From assembly GCA_963733195.1 (NCBI GenBank), contig CAVTCR010000074.1, positions 64,001 to 128,000 of the forward strand: 64,000 nucleotides of DNA. Reading direction: 5' to 3'. Both the position numbers and the translations under genes were made by a program. The notes under the pieces were generated by a model that was not told the origin of the DNA, ran no database searches, and saw only the letters and a list, made by a program, of their open reading frames with translations. Source of the DNA: an uncultured delta proteobacterium. GTDB taxonomy: Bacteria; Desulfobacterota; Binatia; Bin18. Shown in pieces: positions 1 to 10,476 of the stretch. Each line of letters begins with the position of its first letter. Positions within the stretch are counted from its first letter, which is position 1.

Positions 1-1179
1 CCAGGGCCAGTCTACATCGATCTACCTGGTGACGTTCTGTACCGAGAAGTCGACGAGAATGAAGTCCGCTTCCCCAAGAAACCCCATAGCGTACCGCGTG
101 TTTCGGGTGACCCCGATTTGATTAAGCGCGCCATTGCCCTGCTGAAAGACGCGAAACGTCCAATTGTCATTACCGGCACTGGAATCCTCTGGTCTGGAGC
201 GATGGAAGAGTTGAAACAGTTTGTCGAAATGAGCGGCATTCCGTTCTACACCACCCCACAAGGTCGTGGGGTGATTGAGGAAGATCATAAGTTGAGCTTC
301 CTTGGTGCCCGTAACCAAGCCTGGAAGGAAGCCGACGTTGTGCTGTTTGTTGGCACGCGGCTCAATTTCATCGTTGGGTTCGGTTTGCCACCACGTTTTG
401 CTGAAGGCGTGAAAATCGTCCAGGTTGATATTTCCGATGAAGAGATTGGCCGCAATCGTCCGGTCGATGTGGGTATCGTTGGTGATGCAAAAATGGTGTT
501 ACAACAGTTGACGAAAGAAGGCCGCGATGTGTTCCACGGTCGTAAAGAGCTGGCGTGGATTGATACCTTACGCGGGTATGACAAACGCGCGACAGAGAAA
601 TCCCAAGCATTGTTGAATACCGATCAGACGCCGATTCATCCGTTACGGCTCTGCAAAGAAGTGCGAGATTTCATGGATCGTGATGCCATCATCGTCGTTG
701 ACGGTCATGAGATTTTGAATTTTGCTCGACAATCGATCCCGACCAATGCTCCGGGACATCGTGTCAATGCTGGTCCGAACGGGTGTATGGGGGTGGCAGT
801 TCCGTTTGGTCTCGGGGCGAAGGTGGCCAAGCCGAACACGCAAGTGATCGTGCTGAGTGGCGATGGTTCGTTCGGTATGAACGGGATGGAAATCGACACG
901 ATGATACGCCACAATATCCCGGCGATCATCGTCATCAGTAACAACGGCGGTTGGGCTGGTGCTGGCGTGATGACGGCTGGACGTGACCTCGGCTATAGCC
1001 GATATGACAAGATGGCGGAAGTTTTCGGTGCCTATGGCGAGTACGTCGAACGGGCGCAAGATATTCGTCCCGCATTAGAGCGGGCGGTGAAGTCCGGCAA
1101 ACCGGCAGTGGTGAACGTGGTCACTGACCCGAGCGCGCGGTCTTCGACTGTGTCATTTGCGGCATATCGAGCTATCTAG
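1..1179 (+). CDS. Thiamine-diphosphate-dependent enzyme (oxalyl-CoA decarboxylase / 2-hydroxyacyl-CoA lyase / AHAS-like family), 5'-truncated by the window edge
   Basis: Frame is open from base 1 (PGPVYIDLPGD). Central KRPIVITG...ADVVLFVGTR segment; ThDP motif GDGSFG...NN; GCMGVAVPFG. Confidence 0.85.
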   Translation, partial: PGPVYIDLPGDVLYREVDENEVRFPKKPHSVPRVSGDPDLIKRAIALLKDAKRPIVITGTGILWSGAMEELKQFVEMSGIPFYTTPQGRGVIEEDHKLSFLGARNQAWKEADVVLFVGTRLNFIVGFGLPPRFAEGVKIVQVDISDEEIGRNRPVDVGIVGDAKMVLQQLTKEGRDVFHGRKELAWIDTLRGYDKRATEKSQALLNTDQTPIHPLRLCKEVRDFMDRDAIIVVDGHEILNFARQSIPTNAPGHRVNAGPNGCMGVAVPFGLGAKVAKPNTQVIVLSGDGSFGMNGMEIDTMIRHNIPAIIVISNNGGWAGAGVMTAGRDLGYSRYDKMAEVFGAYGEYVERAQDIRPALERAVKSGKPAVVNVVTDPSARSSTVSFAAYRAI

Positions 1180-1202
1180 ACTGACCGAAGGGAACACTAT
1201 TT

Positions 1203-1227
1203 GTCGGGTGGGTATTGCCCACCCGAC
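1203..1227. repeat. REP-like palindrome
   Basis: GTCGGGTGGG-TATTG-CCCACCCGAC: perfect 10-bp stem, resembling the GTAG-family REPs at 58111-58181. Confidence 0.55.
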
Positions 1228-1248
1228 AGTAGTGAAACGCAACGAACG

Positions 1249-2217
1249 ATGTCTGACGTAACCCCCACGCAGAAGGTTTCTCCCGTTGTCCTACGGGAAT
1301 TGTATCAACACACCTGGTACCACAACCTCAAAATCCCGCTGTTCTACGCGATGATTGTTGGCGCGGGGTATGTTGCCTGGAATACTGAGCAGACATGGGT
1401 GCGATGGCTCATGTATGGCGGTATCGGGTACCTGTGGATGAGCATCGTCACCTTCATGCACGACTGCACTCATAGTGTACTCTTCAAGAAAAAGTGGAAA
1501 AATTGGGCTTTTGGTATTTTCTCTACGTTGCCGATCATCGTCACGTTTATCTCATTCAAAGAAGATCATTTGGAACATCACCGCTATAACCGAACCTTCA
1601 AGGACCCTGATGCGTTTACGATGGGAAAGCGAGGCTTTGGCGATTTCGTGCTCTTTTACGCCTACATCGTGATCGGTGGGATTCTGACGATCTTGCAATT
1701 CAACTTCATCTATCCAGCGCAACGGTTTCGCGGGGCGCGACTCTGGATTCACCTTTTTGAGTTATCGCTCCGTGTCGTTGTGTACACCAGCCTGATCATG
1801 TGGACTTCACAACACGGCATGCTGGGAAAGTTTCTTAGTCTGTGGCTGATTCCTGGTTACATTTTTTCGCTGTTGAACAGTGTACGATTCATCGCTGAAC
1901 ATTATGAAACTCCGTGGGAGGCGGGACAACTGGCCGGCACACGCACGATTATCAGCAACCAGGTCAACAGTTTCTTCTGGAATAACATCAACTATCACAT
2001 TGGTCACCACATTTACCCAGCCGTGCCGTGGTACAATCTGCAGAAGTTGCACAAAGAGTTAGTACCAGAGATTACCAGGCAACAAGCCATCGTTGACCGC
2101 AGCTATTTTGCGGTTTTCTTTAAGGCATGTGGTAGAGGACCAGAGTCGGTGGAAAGAAACGCGGAGATGCTCGTCAGACGCAATAAACGAATTGCACTTC
2201 GCGTTGGCATGTCGTAA
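1249..2217 (+). CDS. Membrane fatty acid desaturase family protein
   Basis: Three His boxes (HDCTH, HLEHH, HIGHH) and hydrophobic segments; ATG at 1249 preferred as start. Confidence 0.85.
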   Translation: MSDVTPTQKVSPVVLRELYQHTWYHNLKIPLFYAMIVGAGYVAWNTEQTWVRWLMYGGIGYLWMSIVTFMHDCTHSVLFKKKWKNWAFGIFSTLPIIVTFISFKEDHLEHHRYNRTFKDPDAFTMGKRGFGDFVLFYAYIVIGGILTILQFNFIYPAQRFRGARLWIHLFELSLRVVVYTSLIMWTSQHGMLGKFLSLWLIPGYIFSLLNSVRFIAEHYETPWEAGQLAGTRTIISNQVNSFFWNNINYHIGHHIYPAVPWYNLQKLHKELVPEITRQQAIVDRSYFAVFFKACGRGPESVERNAEMLVRRNKRIALRVGMS

Positions 2218-2249
2218 TGGTGCCACTTCTGTTTCTCTGTCTCTCATCT

Positions 2250-3227
2250 TTAAGACCACAGGCCGACACGTCGCCGCACCTCGCGCACGGTTTGCTGGGC
2301 GATTGCGCGCGCTTTGCGAGCCCCTTGGCGGAGAATTTCCTCTACTTCTTTCGGGTTTGCTTGCAATTGCGCGCGACGCTCACGAATGGGCTGTAAGTGG
2401 GCGATAAGATTGTCGGCGAGCGCTTTTTTGCAGTCGAAGCAGCCAATTCCCGCGGTCGTACAGCCTAAACGTACCCATTGAATGCGCTCCGCGTCTGAGA
2501 AGAACGTATGCAAGGTGTGGATATTACATACGTCAGGGTTCCCTGGGTCTTTTCGCCGTACCCTGGCGGGGTCTGTTGCAGCGGTGGCGAGCTTTTGACG
2601 GATACTGTCATCATCCTCACCGAGCGCAATCGTATTGCCGATCGACTTTGACATCTTTGCTTGGCCATCGAGGCCAAGAATCTTCGGGGTGCTCGACAGT
2701 AACGCTTTGGGTTCGGTAAAGTATTCTCCCCATCGTCCGTTGAACCGACGGACAATTTCTCGCGCCAGTTCGAGATGCTGTAATTGATCAGCACCAACGG
2801 GAACGATTGTTGCCTTGTATAAGATGATATCTGCTGTCTGCAGCACAGGATAATCGAACAATCCCGCGTTGATGTTATCGATTTGTTTCTCGGATTTGTC
2901 TTTGAACTGGGTCATCCGTCCAAGATCGCCGAAAGGCGTTACTGTGTTTAAGATCCAACATAACTCGGTGTGTTCTGGGACGCTGGACTGGACGAACAGC
3001 ACTGTCCGTTCAGGATCAATCCCGCAGGCGAGCAAATCGGTTGCCATCTCCAGAGTGCGTTGGGTCAACGTCTCGGGCTCGTAGTTCTGGGTGATGGCAT
3101 GATAGTCAACGATACAGATGAAACAGTGATACTCATCCTGCATCGCTACCCAATTACGTACCGCGCCAAGATAGTTCCCAAGATGGAGTTCCCCTGACGG
3201 TTGAATACCACTGAATACGGTTTCCAT
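2250..3227 (-). CDS. trpS: Tryptophan--tRNA ligase
   Basis: SGIQPSGELHLGNYLGA (HIGH-like), VPVGADQLQH, KMSKS; start taken at METVFSG. Confidence 0.97.
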   Translation of the reverse strand: METVFSGIQPSGELHLGNYLGAVRNWVAMQDEYHCFICIVDYHAITQNYEPETLTQRTLEMATDLLACGIDPERTVLFVQSSVPEHTELCWILNTVTPFGDLGRMTQFKDKSEKQIDNINAGLFDYPVLQTADIILYKATIVPVGADQLQHLELAREIVRRFNGRWGEYFTEPKALLSSTPKILGLDGQAKMSKSIGNTIALGEDDDSIRQKLATAATDPARVRRKDPGNPDVCNIHTLHTFFSDAERIQWVRLGCTTAGIGCFDCKKALADNLIAHLQPIRERRAQLQANPKEVEEILRQGARKARAIAQQTVREVRRRVGLWS

Positions 3228-3266
3228 AGTACCTCGTCTCTCTTTCTGCTTCGATTTCCGCTGGGT

Positions 3267-3356
3267 TGTCATTCTGAGGAGCGACGCGACGAAGAATCTC
3301 GCAAGGGTTGTGAGAGAAGATTCTTTGCCTTCACTTTGCTACGGCTCAGAATGACA
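3267..3356. repeat. Palindromic REP/MITE-like element (TGTCATTCTGAG family)
   Basis: Outer inverted repeat TGTCATTCTGAG (3267-3278) / CTCAGAATGACA (3345-3356); inner inverted repeat AAGAATCT / AGATTCTT; intergenic. Confidence 0.75.
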
Positions 3357-3391
3357 GCATCTTGTAATTTCTTTGTGTCTACACTGAGACT

Positions 3392-4370
3392 TTAAACTTC
3401 TAAGATAATCTTCCCGAAGTTGCGATTCTCCTCCATATATCGATGTGCATCGGCGGCCTGAGCCAAAGGAAAGACGCGATCGACAATCGGCTTGATACGC
3501 CTAGATGCTAAGAGTGGCAACCACCTTTCACGAAAACGCTGAGTGATGTCGATCTTGTCAGTAAGCGGACGCGCACGTAGCACTGAACCGAAGATCTGCA
3601 ACCGCTTCGCCATGATCAGTTGCAAGTTGGCTTCAACTTTCACTCCGCCCATCAACCCAACCAGCACAAGTCGTCCGCCAATCTTTAGGCTCCGTAAGTT
3701 TTTGTCCCAATAGCCTGCACCAATGAAGTCTTCGATCAAATCAACACCTTGATCGTTCGTCACTTCTTTGACCCAATCGGCAAAGTCACGCTCTTTATAA
3801 TTGCATCCCGCAGTTGCCCCGAGTTCGAGGCAGCGCTGAATCTTGTCTGCTGAACCAGCAGTGACGAGAATACGTGCGCCAATCTCGTGTGCCATTTGGA
3901 TACCCGCAGTACCGACACCGCTGGCCGCGGCATGAATCAGCACCGTTTCTCCAGCTTTGAGATTGCCTAGGGTGAACATGGTCTCCTGCGCGGTAAAAAA
4001 GACTTCCGGCACTGCCGCAGCCTGTACGAAGCTCCAACCCGGAGGAATTGGAATCGCCATCCGTGCATCAAACACTGCCTTTCTCAGCGTAGCCACCACT
4101 GCCGACTAACGCGCATACACGGTCACCTGGCTTGATCTCTTTGACCGCTGAGCCAACAGCTTCGACTTCACCAGCGAGCTCGAGGCCGAGAATATCGGTC
4201 TCACCAGGTGGGGGCGGGTAATTCCCGGTACGCTGTAACGTATCAGCACGATTGAGTGCCGTTGCACGAACACGAACCAATAGCTGTTCGGCGGTCGGCA
4301 CCGGATCGGGCACGGTCGTCAGTTGCAGAACCTCCGGGCCACCAGGCGTCGTTACACGAATTGCTTGCAT
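3392..4370 (-). CDS. NAD(P)H-quinone oxidoreductase (zeta-crystallin/PIG3 MDR family), split by one +1 frameshift near 4080
   Basis: N-part MQAIRVTTPGGPEVL...GGYAEK joins C-part AVFDARM...AAASGVG...NFGKIIL when one base is removed from GAGAAAGGCA. Confidence 0.88.
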
Positions 4371-4563
4371 GAAACCTCCGTTTACGGCGTTCAGTGTTCA
4401 GTAGTCAGCTATCAGCTTTTGGTCTGCATGGCTAGAAATTGGCGAAGGAAAGGTGTCATTGACTCGGGGGTGAACCAGCAGTAGAGGCAGAAGCGTGAAT
4501 CGGATCACGTCTTACGTTTTACGTTTACATCTGACGTGTCCTTGAGAAAGGAAGGAGAAACAA

Positions 4564-5010
4564 ATGGCCGTCAAACAACTCACACCGCAACAAGCCCATG
4601 ACCTCATGCAGCAGGATGCAAAGATTGTGTATCTTGATGTCCGCACAGTGCCGGAATTCTCGGCTGGCCATCCACAACGAGGGATCAACATTCCAGCGTT
4701 TTTCTTTCAGCAGCCGGGGCAACCGACGCCGAATGCGGATTTTGTCAAAGTCGTCGAGGCGAATATTGCCAAGGATGCGACGATCGTTGTTGGCTGCCAG
4801 GCGGGCGGACGATCACAACGTGCTGCTGATATGTTGGACAAAGCTGGTTATACAAATATCTCGAACGTGATGGGTGGTTTTGGTGGCGGTCAAGATCAAA
4901 CCGGAAAAGCGATAGCAGGTTGGCGAGATGCTGGCCTGCCGGTGACTACCGATAACGGAGATGGCGTGAGTTACTCGTCTCTAGCGGCGAAGGCAAGTGT
5001 GAAAGTTTGA
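4564..5010 (+). CDS. Rhodanese-like domain protein
   Basis: YLDVRTVPEF..GHP, active-site loop CQAGGRS, GY...GGF; AGGAG RBS. Confidence 0.9.
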   Translation: MAVKQLTPQQAHDLMQQDAKIVYLDVRTVPEFSAGHPQRGINIPAFFFQQPGQPTPNADFVKVVEANIAKDATIVVGCQAGGRSQRAADMLDKAGYTNISNVMGGFGGGQDQTGKAIAGWRDAGLPVTTDNGDGVSYSSLAAKASVKV

Positions 5011-5013
5011 AGG

Positions 5014-5048
5014 AAGAGCAAGAGTGGGCACTGCCCCCTTGCTCTTTT
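5014..5048 (+). terminator. Probable intrinsic terminator after the rhodanese gene
   Basis: AAGAGCAAG...GGGCA-C-TGCCC...CTTGCTCTT hairpin followed by T residues, between convergent genes. Confidence 0.55.
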
Positions 5049-5186
5049 AGGAAGCCAGACACTCTTTCACTGCTTTATCAATGAAATCGGTATCTACTGG
5101 ATTTATGCCGAAACCGGCGAAGTGCCCCCATATTGAGAGAATAGGTTTCAACACGGCGTTAGGAAGGAACAGGTTGCAATGTGTTC

Positions 5187-5925
5187 CTACGTCGATACAG
5201 GAATGCCGTAGCCCAAGGCTTTCAGGTAAGCATGGACTGCATTGGTGAGTCCCCATATACAGGGCATCACAAATCAGGGCATGGCCAATCGACACTTCCA
5301 ACAGACCAGGAAGATTTTGCGCTAAAAAGGGAAGGTTGTTCAGATCAAGATCGTGTCCGGCATTGAGCCCAAGCTGAACTTCCTGTGCGGTCGCTGCGGC
5401 GCGATGGTAGGTTTCGTACACTCGTCGACCTTCAGGAGTGCCAAACGTTTTGGCGTAGTGTTCGGTGTACAACTCGATACGATCTGTGCCAATGTCCTTT
5501 GCGCGTCGTACTTGCTCAGTGTCTGGTTCAAGAAACAGACTGGTACGGATACCGTTGTCATGCAATTGCTGTAACACATCTTCAAGCCAGTCCACGTCAC
5601 CTTTAAGATTCCAGCCCGCGTTGGAAGTTAGGACGTCAGGTGGATCTGGTACTAATGTGCATTGCGTTGGGCGAATCTGACACACAAGATCGAGAAACTC
5701 CGGTGAAGGATAACCCTCGATGTTGAATTCAACGGCAAGCATCGCGGATAAGTCAAAGACGTCTTGCTGCCGAATGTGGCGCTCATCAGGACGTGGGTGG
5801 ACAGTGATGCCGTGACAACCAGCTTCAATAGCCGTCCGTGCCGCGTGGACAACGCTTGGATTATTGCCTCCGCGCGCATTACGTAGCGTGGCGATTTTGT
5901 TGACGTTCACGCTCAGTTTGATCAT
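5187..5925 (-). CDS. pdxJ: Pyridoxine 5'-phosphate synthase; +1 frameshift near 5252 artificially extends the ORF to 5047
   Basis: LSVNVNKIATLRNAR, GITVHPRPDERHI, NAGHDL, EVSIGH. Removing one G from ATGGGGACTC gives ...YMGLTNAVHAYLKALGYGIPVST-stop at 5187. Confidence 0.95.
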
Positions 5926-5964
5926 AAATGCTACTTTATTGATTACTGATAGCTGACTGCTTCT

Positions 5965-6726
5965 TTACGACGTTGATACCCGCAGGTCGGTTCCTCCACT
6001 GACCGGTAGTGTCACGCCGGTAACGAAGCTTGCTTCATCAGAGCAGAGGAAGACGGCGGCATTACCAATATCCTGAGGCTGACCAAGGCGGCCTAGCGGG
6101 ACTTGTTGCGCATACGATGCTTTTTGCTGAGCTGTGAGAGCGCTATTCATCATCGGGGTCTCGATTGGTCCTGGAGCAATGGCATTCACGCGGATGCCAT
6201 ATCGTGCCACTTCATATGCCAGATCACGCGTCAGGGCGACGACCCCAGCTTTTGAGGCTGCGTAGGGCACATGCGGTACGGTGTAATGAAAGGCCGCAAT
6301 CGAGGCGATGTTCACAATTGCTCCTTGCTTTTGTTTGATCATTTCTCGGACAACGCGATGACAACAAAGGAAGACGCCTTTGAGGTTCACATCGAGCACG
6401 TTATCCCAATCTGCCTCGGTCTGTTTCTCAATCGACTTCACTACGACAACCCCAGCGTTGTTGACGAGAATGTCGACTTTGCCAAAACGGCTCAAGGTTT
6501 CTTGCACGAGGCGATCGACATCAGTCGAACGCGTGACATCTGCTGCCACCCCAAGCGCTTGAACTCCGAGAGCCTGAACCTCAGCGACGGTCCGGGTAAT
6601 ACGTTCCTGGCTGGTGTCGTTTATCACTACGTGTGCCCCTGCACGCGCTAAACACAACGCGACACCTTGTCCAATGCCTTGGCCTCCGCCGGTGACAATC
6701 GCTACACGTTCAGTAAGTCGTGTCAT
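5965..6726 (-). CDS. SDR family oxidoreductase (FabG-like)
   Basis: TGGGQGIG, NNAG, YAASK, RVNAIAPG. Confidence 0.92.
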   Translation of the reverse strand: MTRLTERVAIVTGGGQGIGQGVALCLARAGAHVVINDTSQERITRTVAEVQALGVQALGVAADVTRSTDVDRLVQETLSRFGKVDILVNNAGVVVVKSIEKQTEADWDNVLDVNLKGVFLCCHRVVREMIKQKQGAIVNIASIAAFHYTVPHVPYAASKAGVVALTRDLAYEVARYGIRVNAIAPGPIETPMMNSALTAQQKASYAQQVPLGRLGQPQDIGNAAVFLCSDEASFVTGVTLPVSGGTDLRVSTS

Positions 6727-6901
6727 TGTGCACTCTCCTTTGTGTGAGCGACATTACTCTGTCTGCTTTGTCCGGGTCAAGCAAGAGACTGGTTCCTGGT
6801 GAACACTGCGATTTGAGACCTACCCTAGGCGTTCAGAGGCCAGTTGCGCTATAGTAACGAAATCCTTCGAGCCCTGATCTCGTGCCTGAAAAGAGAGCAT
6901 T

Positions 6902-8098
6902 ATGAGCACCTATCTGCGAGAAGTGGCGAGTCGTCTCGTGTCGTTCGATACTGTGAGCAGCAAGAGCAATGTTGAGGCAATGGAATATCTGGGAGCGCAT
7001 CTGAGTGATCATAAGTTCCATGTCGATTTTCATCGCATGGAAGTTGGTGGAGTCCCCAAGGTTAATCTCATTGCCTATGCTGGTCCACCTGAGCCGAACG
7101 GTCTGATCATTTCCGGCCATGTCGACGTCGTACCGTTTACCGGACAACCAGGGTGGCAGCGCAATCCGTTACGATTAGAAGTGACTGACTCGTGCGTATA
7201 CGGCCGTGGAACCACAGATATGAAAGTGTTTCTTGCGCAGTGTGTCGATGCCGCTGGACGGCTCGATCTTACGACCCTCAAGCAGCCGTTGGTTTTTCTA
7301 TTTACAGCGGATGAAGAAATTGGTTGTCTTGGGGCTGCACGACTTCTCCCCGTGCTTCCCGAGTTTTTCCGCGAGATTCCCCAACCACGACAAGCCTGGA
7401 TTGGTGAGCCGACCTCTTATCAAATCGGCTACACGCACAAGAGTATCATCGTCTTCTCTGTCACCGTCCGGGGGAAAGGTGGGCACAGTAGTATTCCTGA
7501 ACAGGGTGTGAATGCGATTGCTGTTGTAGGTAAAGTGATTGATACAATCGGCCGTTACCAAGCTGAGCTGCGGACCCAGCGTTCAACAACGTTTGCTCGT
7601 GAGTTTCCTGAGTCTCCGTATACGACATTCAACTTTGGCATGATCCGAGGCGGTACGGCGTCGAACATGATCGCCGAAGAATGTATCCTGCAAGTGAGTT
7701 ATCGCTCTTTGCCTGACGTGGATCCGCTCCTTGTGCATCGTGAGATTGCGCGGCAATTGCAAGCTATCGACCTTCATGACTACGGCTCGCCAGAGCACCA
7801 GGCGGCTATTGTGATTGGGGAGCCGTTTGTCGTACCGCCGTTACTCTCGCCGCGGAACACTTCACTCGAAAACACGTTGCTTGTTATCCTCAACCAGCAC
7901 ACCAGCGGAGGTATTCCTTTCACGACCGATGGATGCCAATTTGCGCAGGCAGGGATTGCCTCGATTGTCTGCGGCCCTGGCGATCTGGACCAAGCACACC
8001 AACCGAACGAGAGTATTCGACGAGAAGCATTTGAGCAGGGAACTGATGTGATTCTTTCGGTTGTGCACCGACTGTGTGGTGCGACAGAGCGACATTAG
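6902..8098 (+). CDS. argE: M20 family metallohydrolase, acetylornithine deacetylase-like
   Basis: SGHVDVVP, GRGTTDMK, DEEIGC, GEPT, GHSS, AHQPNE. Confidence 0.82.
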   Translation: MSTYLREVASRLVSFDTVSSKSNVEAMEYLGAHLSDHKFHVDFHRMEVGGVPKVNLIAYAGPPEPNGLIISGHVDVVPFTGQPGWQRNPLRLEVTDSCVYGRGTTDMKVFLAQCVDAAGRLDLTTLKQPLVFLFTADEEIGCLGAARLLPVLPEFFREIPQPRQAWIGEPTSYQIGYTHKSIIVFSVTVRGKGGHSSIPEQGVNAIAVVGKVIDTIGRYQAELRTQRSTTFAREFPESPYTTFNFGMIRGGTASNMIAEECILQVSYRSLPDVDPLLVHREIARQLQAIDLHDYGSPEHQAAIVIGEPFVVPPLLSPRNTSLENTLLVILNQHTSGGIPFTTDGCQFAQAGIASIVCGPGDLDQAHQPNESIRREAFEQGTDVILSVVHRLCGATERH

Positions 8099-8144
8099 TG
8101 GGCAGAGATCTCCGAGGAGAAAGTGCAGTATTGAAAGAGATGCA

Positions 8145-9608
8145 CTACGCCGCGCTAAGAGATTCTGTCGGCCCGGTAGGTAAAGAAAAAAAGATGCGGC
8201 TCCCTTTGCCTGGAGTCCCCTCGACCCAGATACGACCACTGTGCCGCTCAATGAGTGCTTTGCAAAGCGCTAAACTCAAACTCGCTCCCTTCCTTGTCGT
8301 CGGTGATTCACCTTCTTCCTCTATAAGCGGTTTGAAGAGTTGTTCTTGTTGCTCGTGAGAAAGACCGACGCCGTTATCCGTGACACCTACTGTTACTTGT
8401 TTGCCCTCTTTTGCTGCTCCAACCAAGACGTATGCGCCATTCTTTTTCGAATTCTTGATCGCGTAACAGACAAGTGCAGTGAGGACTTGTTGTATGCGGC
8501 CTGCATCAGCATAGATGTCGATCTCTTGCGGAACTGTGTTCAGTAATTTGACGTTATGGACTTGGGCCATAGAACCAAGGGCATCAAAGGTCTTTTGCAC
8601 GAGTGGTCCAAGCAAGAGTTGTTGCGGATACAGAACGATCTGGTCACCGCGTAACACCGAAACATCGAGGAGGTCAGACAGCATCGTCAACAGCGACGCA
8701 CTATTCCGCGCGCACATGTCGAGTAATTGTTTTCCTTCCGGAGGTAAGTGGTCGGGCCATTCCTCGCGAATAATATCGAGTGACCCAATGATGACGCCTA
8801 ACGGATTTCGCAGTTCATGGGACGTCGCGGCCATCAGGCTGTCGCGCATCCGATCGGCTAAAGACAGCCGCTCAATGTCTTCGTACGCTTTCTTCAGTTC
8901 AGCGTCCATCTCTTGTAAGCGCTGCTGGAGTGCGGCATTGGCTTTCGTCAAGTCAGCTGTGCGAAGGCGAACCTCTTGATCAAGCTCAGCCCGTTGGCGC
9001 TGAAGGGCAACTTCCCGCTGCGAACTTTCGAGTGCGAGTGACGTCTGTCCAGCAAGAATGGACAGGAGTTTTAACTCATACGGAGCGATGTCCTGCTCTG
9101 AACGTTCACTGGCGATCAGGGCCATGCCGTGCACTTCCTGCAGGGTGACGAGTGGAACCAGCAGGATCGAGCGCACGCGTGGGTGATAATGATGAACCCG
9201 TTGACTCGCGCAAATCGTCGGACGACTCCGACGAAGGGCAAGTGCGAAATTCCCCTGCGCAATTTGGAGTTGAGTTTCATTCTCAAGATCTGCATGAAGC
9301 CCAGACGGTATACAGCGTTCGAGTGTGAACTCGTACGTGCGTCGATCAACGTGATAGATGGCCGACAGTACGCTGGGCAGTAGTGATTCGACTTCTGCTA
9401 AAAAGTAGGACAGTAAATCCACCGGAAGCCGGTCTGCGCCAGAGCGCTTTTGCAAGTTGACCCACAGCGACTCGACTCGATCGAGATACTTGATCAACGC
9501 TTGCGTTTCCGCTTGGAGGCGACGCAGTTGCGCCTGTGGATCGGGTGCCGCAGGTGCGGTCGTCGATCCGCCAATCAGGCTCTCGATGTTAGTGTCTTCA
9601 TTCCGCAT
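8145..9608 (-). CDS. GAF-domain sensor histidine kinase-like protein with degenerate HATPase
   Basis: GAF-like region (SILLVPL...LLSILAGQ), coiled coil, H-box SHELRNPL, G1 DNGVG; N-box and G2 are altered. Confidence 0.85.
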   Translation of the reverse strand: MRNEDTNIESLIGGSTTAPAAPDPQAQLRRLQAETQALIKYLDRVESLWVNLQKRSGADRLPVDLLSYFLAEVESLLPSVLSAIYHVDRRTYEFTLERCIPSGLHADLENETQLQIAQGNFALALRRSRPTICASQRVHHYHPRVRSILLVPLVTLQEVHGMALIASERSEQDIAPYELKLLSILAGQTSLALESSQREVALQRQRAELDQEVRLRTADLTKANAALQQRLQEMDAELKKAYEDIERLSLADRMRDSLMAATSHELRNPLGVIIGSLDIIREEWPDHLPPEGKQLLDMCARNSASLLTMLSDLLDVSVLRGDQIVLYPQQLLLGPLVQKTFDALGSMAQVHNVKLLNTVPQEIDIYADAGRIQQVLTALVCYAIKNSKKNGAYVLVGAAKEGKQVTVGVTDNGVGLSHEQQEQLFKPLIEEEGESPTTRKGASLSLALCKALIERHSGRIWVEGTPGKGSRIFFSLPTGPTESLSAA

Positions 9609-10476
9609 AGTCGCCAAACAGAATGGTCATAAATTGGGTAGTTTCTCGTTTTGTCGCGAGCAAAACTTCAGCGAGATGCCCAGACGACAGTCGTAGTACT
9701 TCCCAGGAGAGCGGGACAAAGGGAGGGAAGTGACAACTCCCACTCACTCCAAGGCCCAGGCCAATGCTGATCAGGTCAGCGCAATGCACCACATGTTCGT
9801 GCAATGTCGGAGAGAGGATGTCAGGGACCGCAGGAGAATGATGATAGGCAATCGCACGCTGGATCGCAGGAGATAATCCCCATCGATGCACGAGAAAGCC
9901 GCCCGTTTGCGTATGCGAAAATCCCAAAACTCTCCGCTCTGCGGTCTCAAGAGTCAGTCGTTCAGTTGCCGCGAGTATCAAAGCAGCGTGGAACTTATCT
10001 GCGACGTATTGGTTATGAATCAACTTACCGATGTCATGCAACAAGCCGGCAACAAAAAACTCCTCGGGATGTTCTTCCCCGACCCACATGGCAAGCTGTC
10101 GTGCGGCAGCTGCGGTTCCGAGGCAATGCTCCCAGAATGCTGGTTGCGACAAGGGGCCATGCCCTTCTTGCTGGAACATGTCGATGACACTCGTAGTGAG
10201 GATCAATTGTTTCAGTGCATCATATCCAACGGTACGAATTGCGTCTGCGACAGTAGAAACTGGAGCACTCAAACGATACAAGGGCGAATTGACGAAATGC
10301 AGCAATCGTGCGGTGATGACTGGATCTTGTCTGACAATGCGCTCAATCTCCCAGATGGAGGAAAAAGGATTATCGATGGTCGACGCCAGGCGTTGGTAGA
10401 TTTCCGGTAACGTCGGCAACTCATGAATCCGCTCGACGACGAACGGTGGTTCTCCTGTCAGCAGTTCCGGGATCAT
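9598..10476 (-). CDS. HDOD domain signalling protein
   Basis: LPTLP, DPVITARLL..VNSP, FWEH, AGLLHDIGKL, E....G.SH..G...W, HH. Confidence 0.92.
   Translation of the reverse strand: MIPELLTGEPPFVVERIHELPTLPEIYQRLASTIDNPFSSIWEIERIVRQDPVITARLLHFVNSPLYRLSAPVSTVADAIRTVGYDALKQLILTTSVIDMFQQEGHGPLSQPAFWEHCLGTAAAARQLAMWVGEEHPEEFFVAGLLHDIGKLIHNQYVADKFHAALILAATERLTLETAERRVLGFSHTQTGGFLVHRWGLSPAIQRAIAYHHSPAVPDILSPTLHEHVVHCADLISIGLGLGVSGSCHFPPFVPLSWEVLRLSSGHLAEVLLATKRETTQFMTILFGDYAE

Noticed and set aside
5047-5186. C-terminal extension of PdxJ
   Set aside because: Artefact of the +1 frameshift; the repaired frame stops at 5187.
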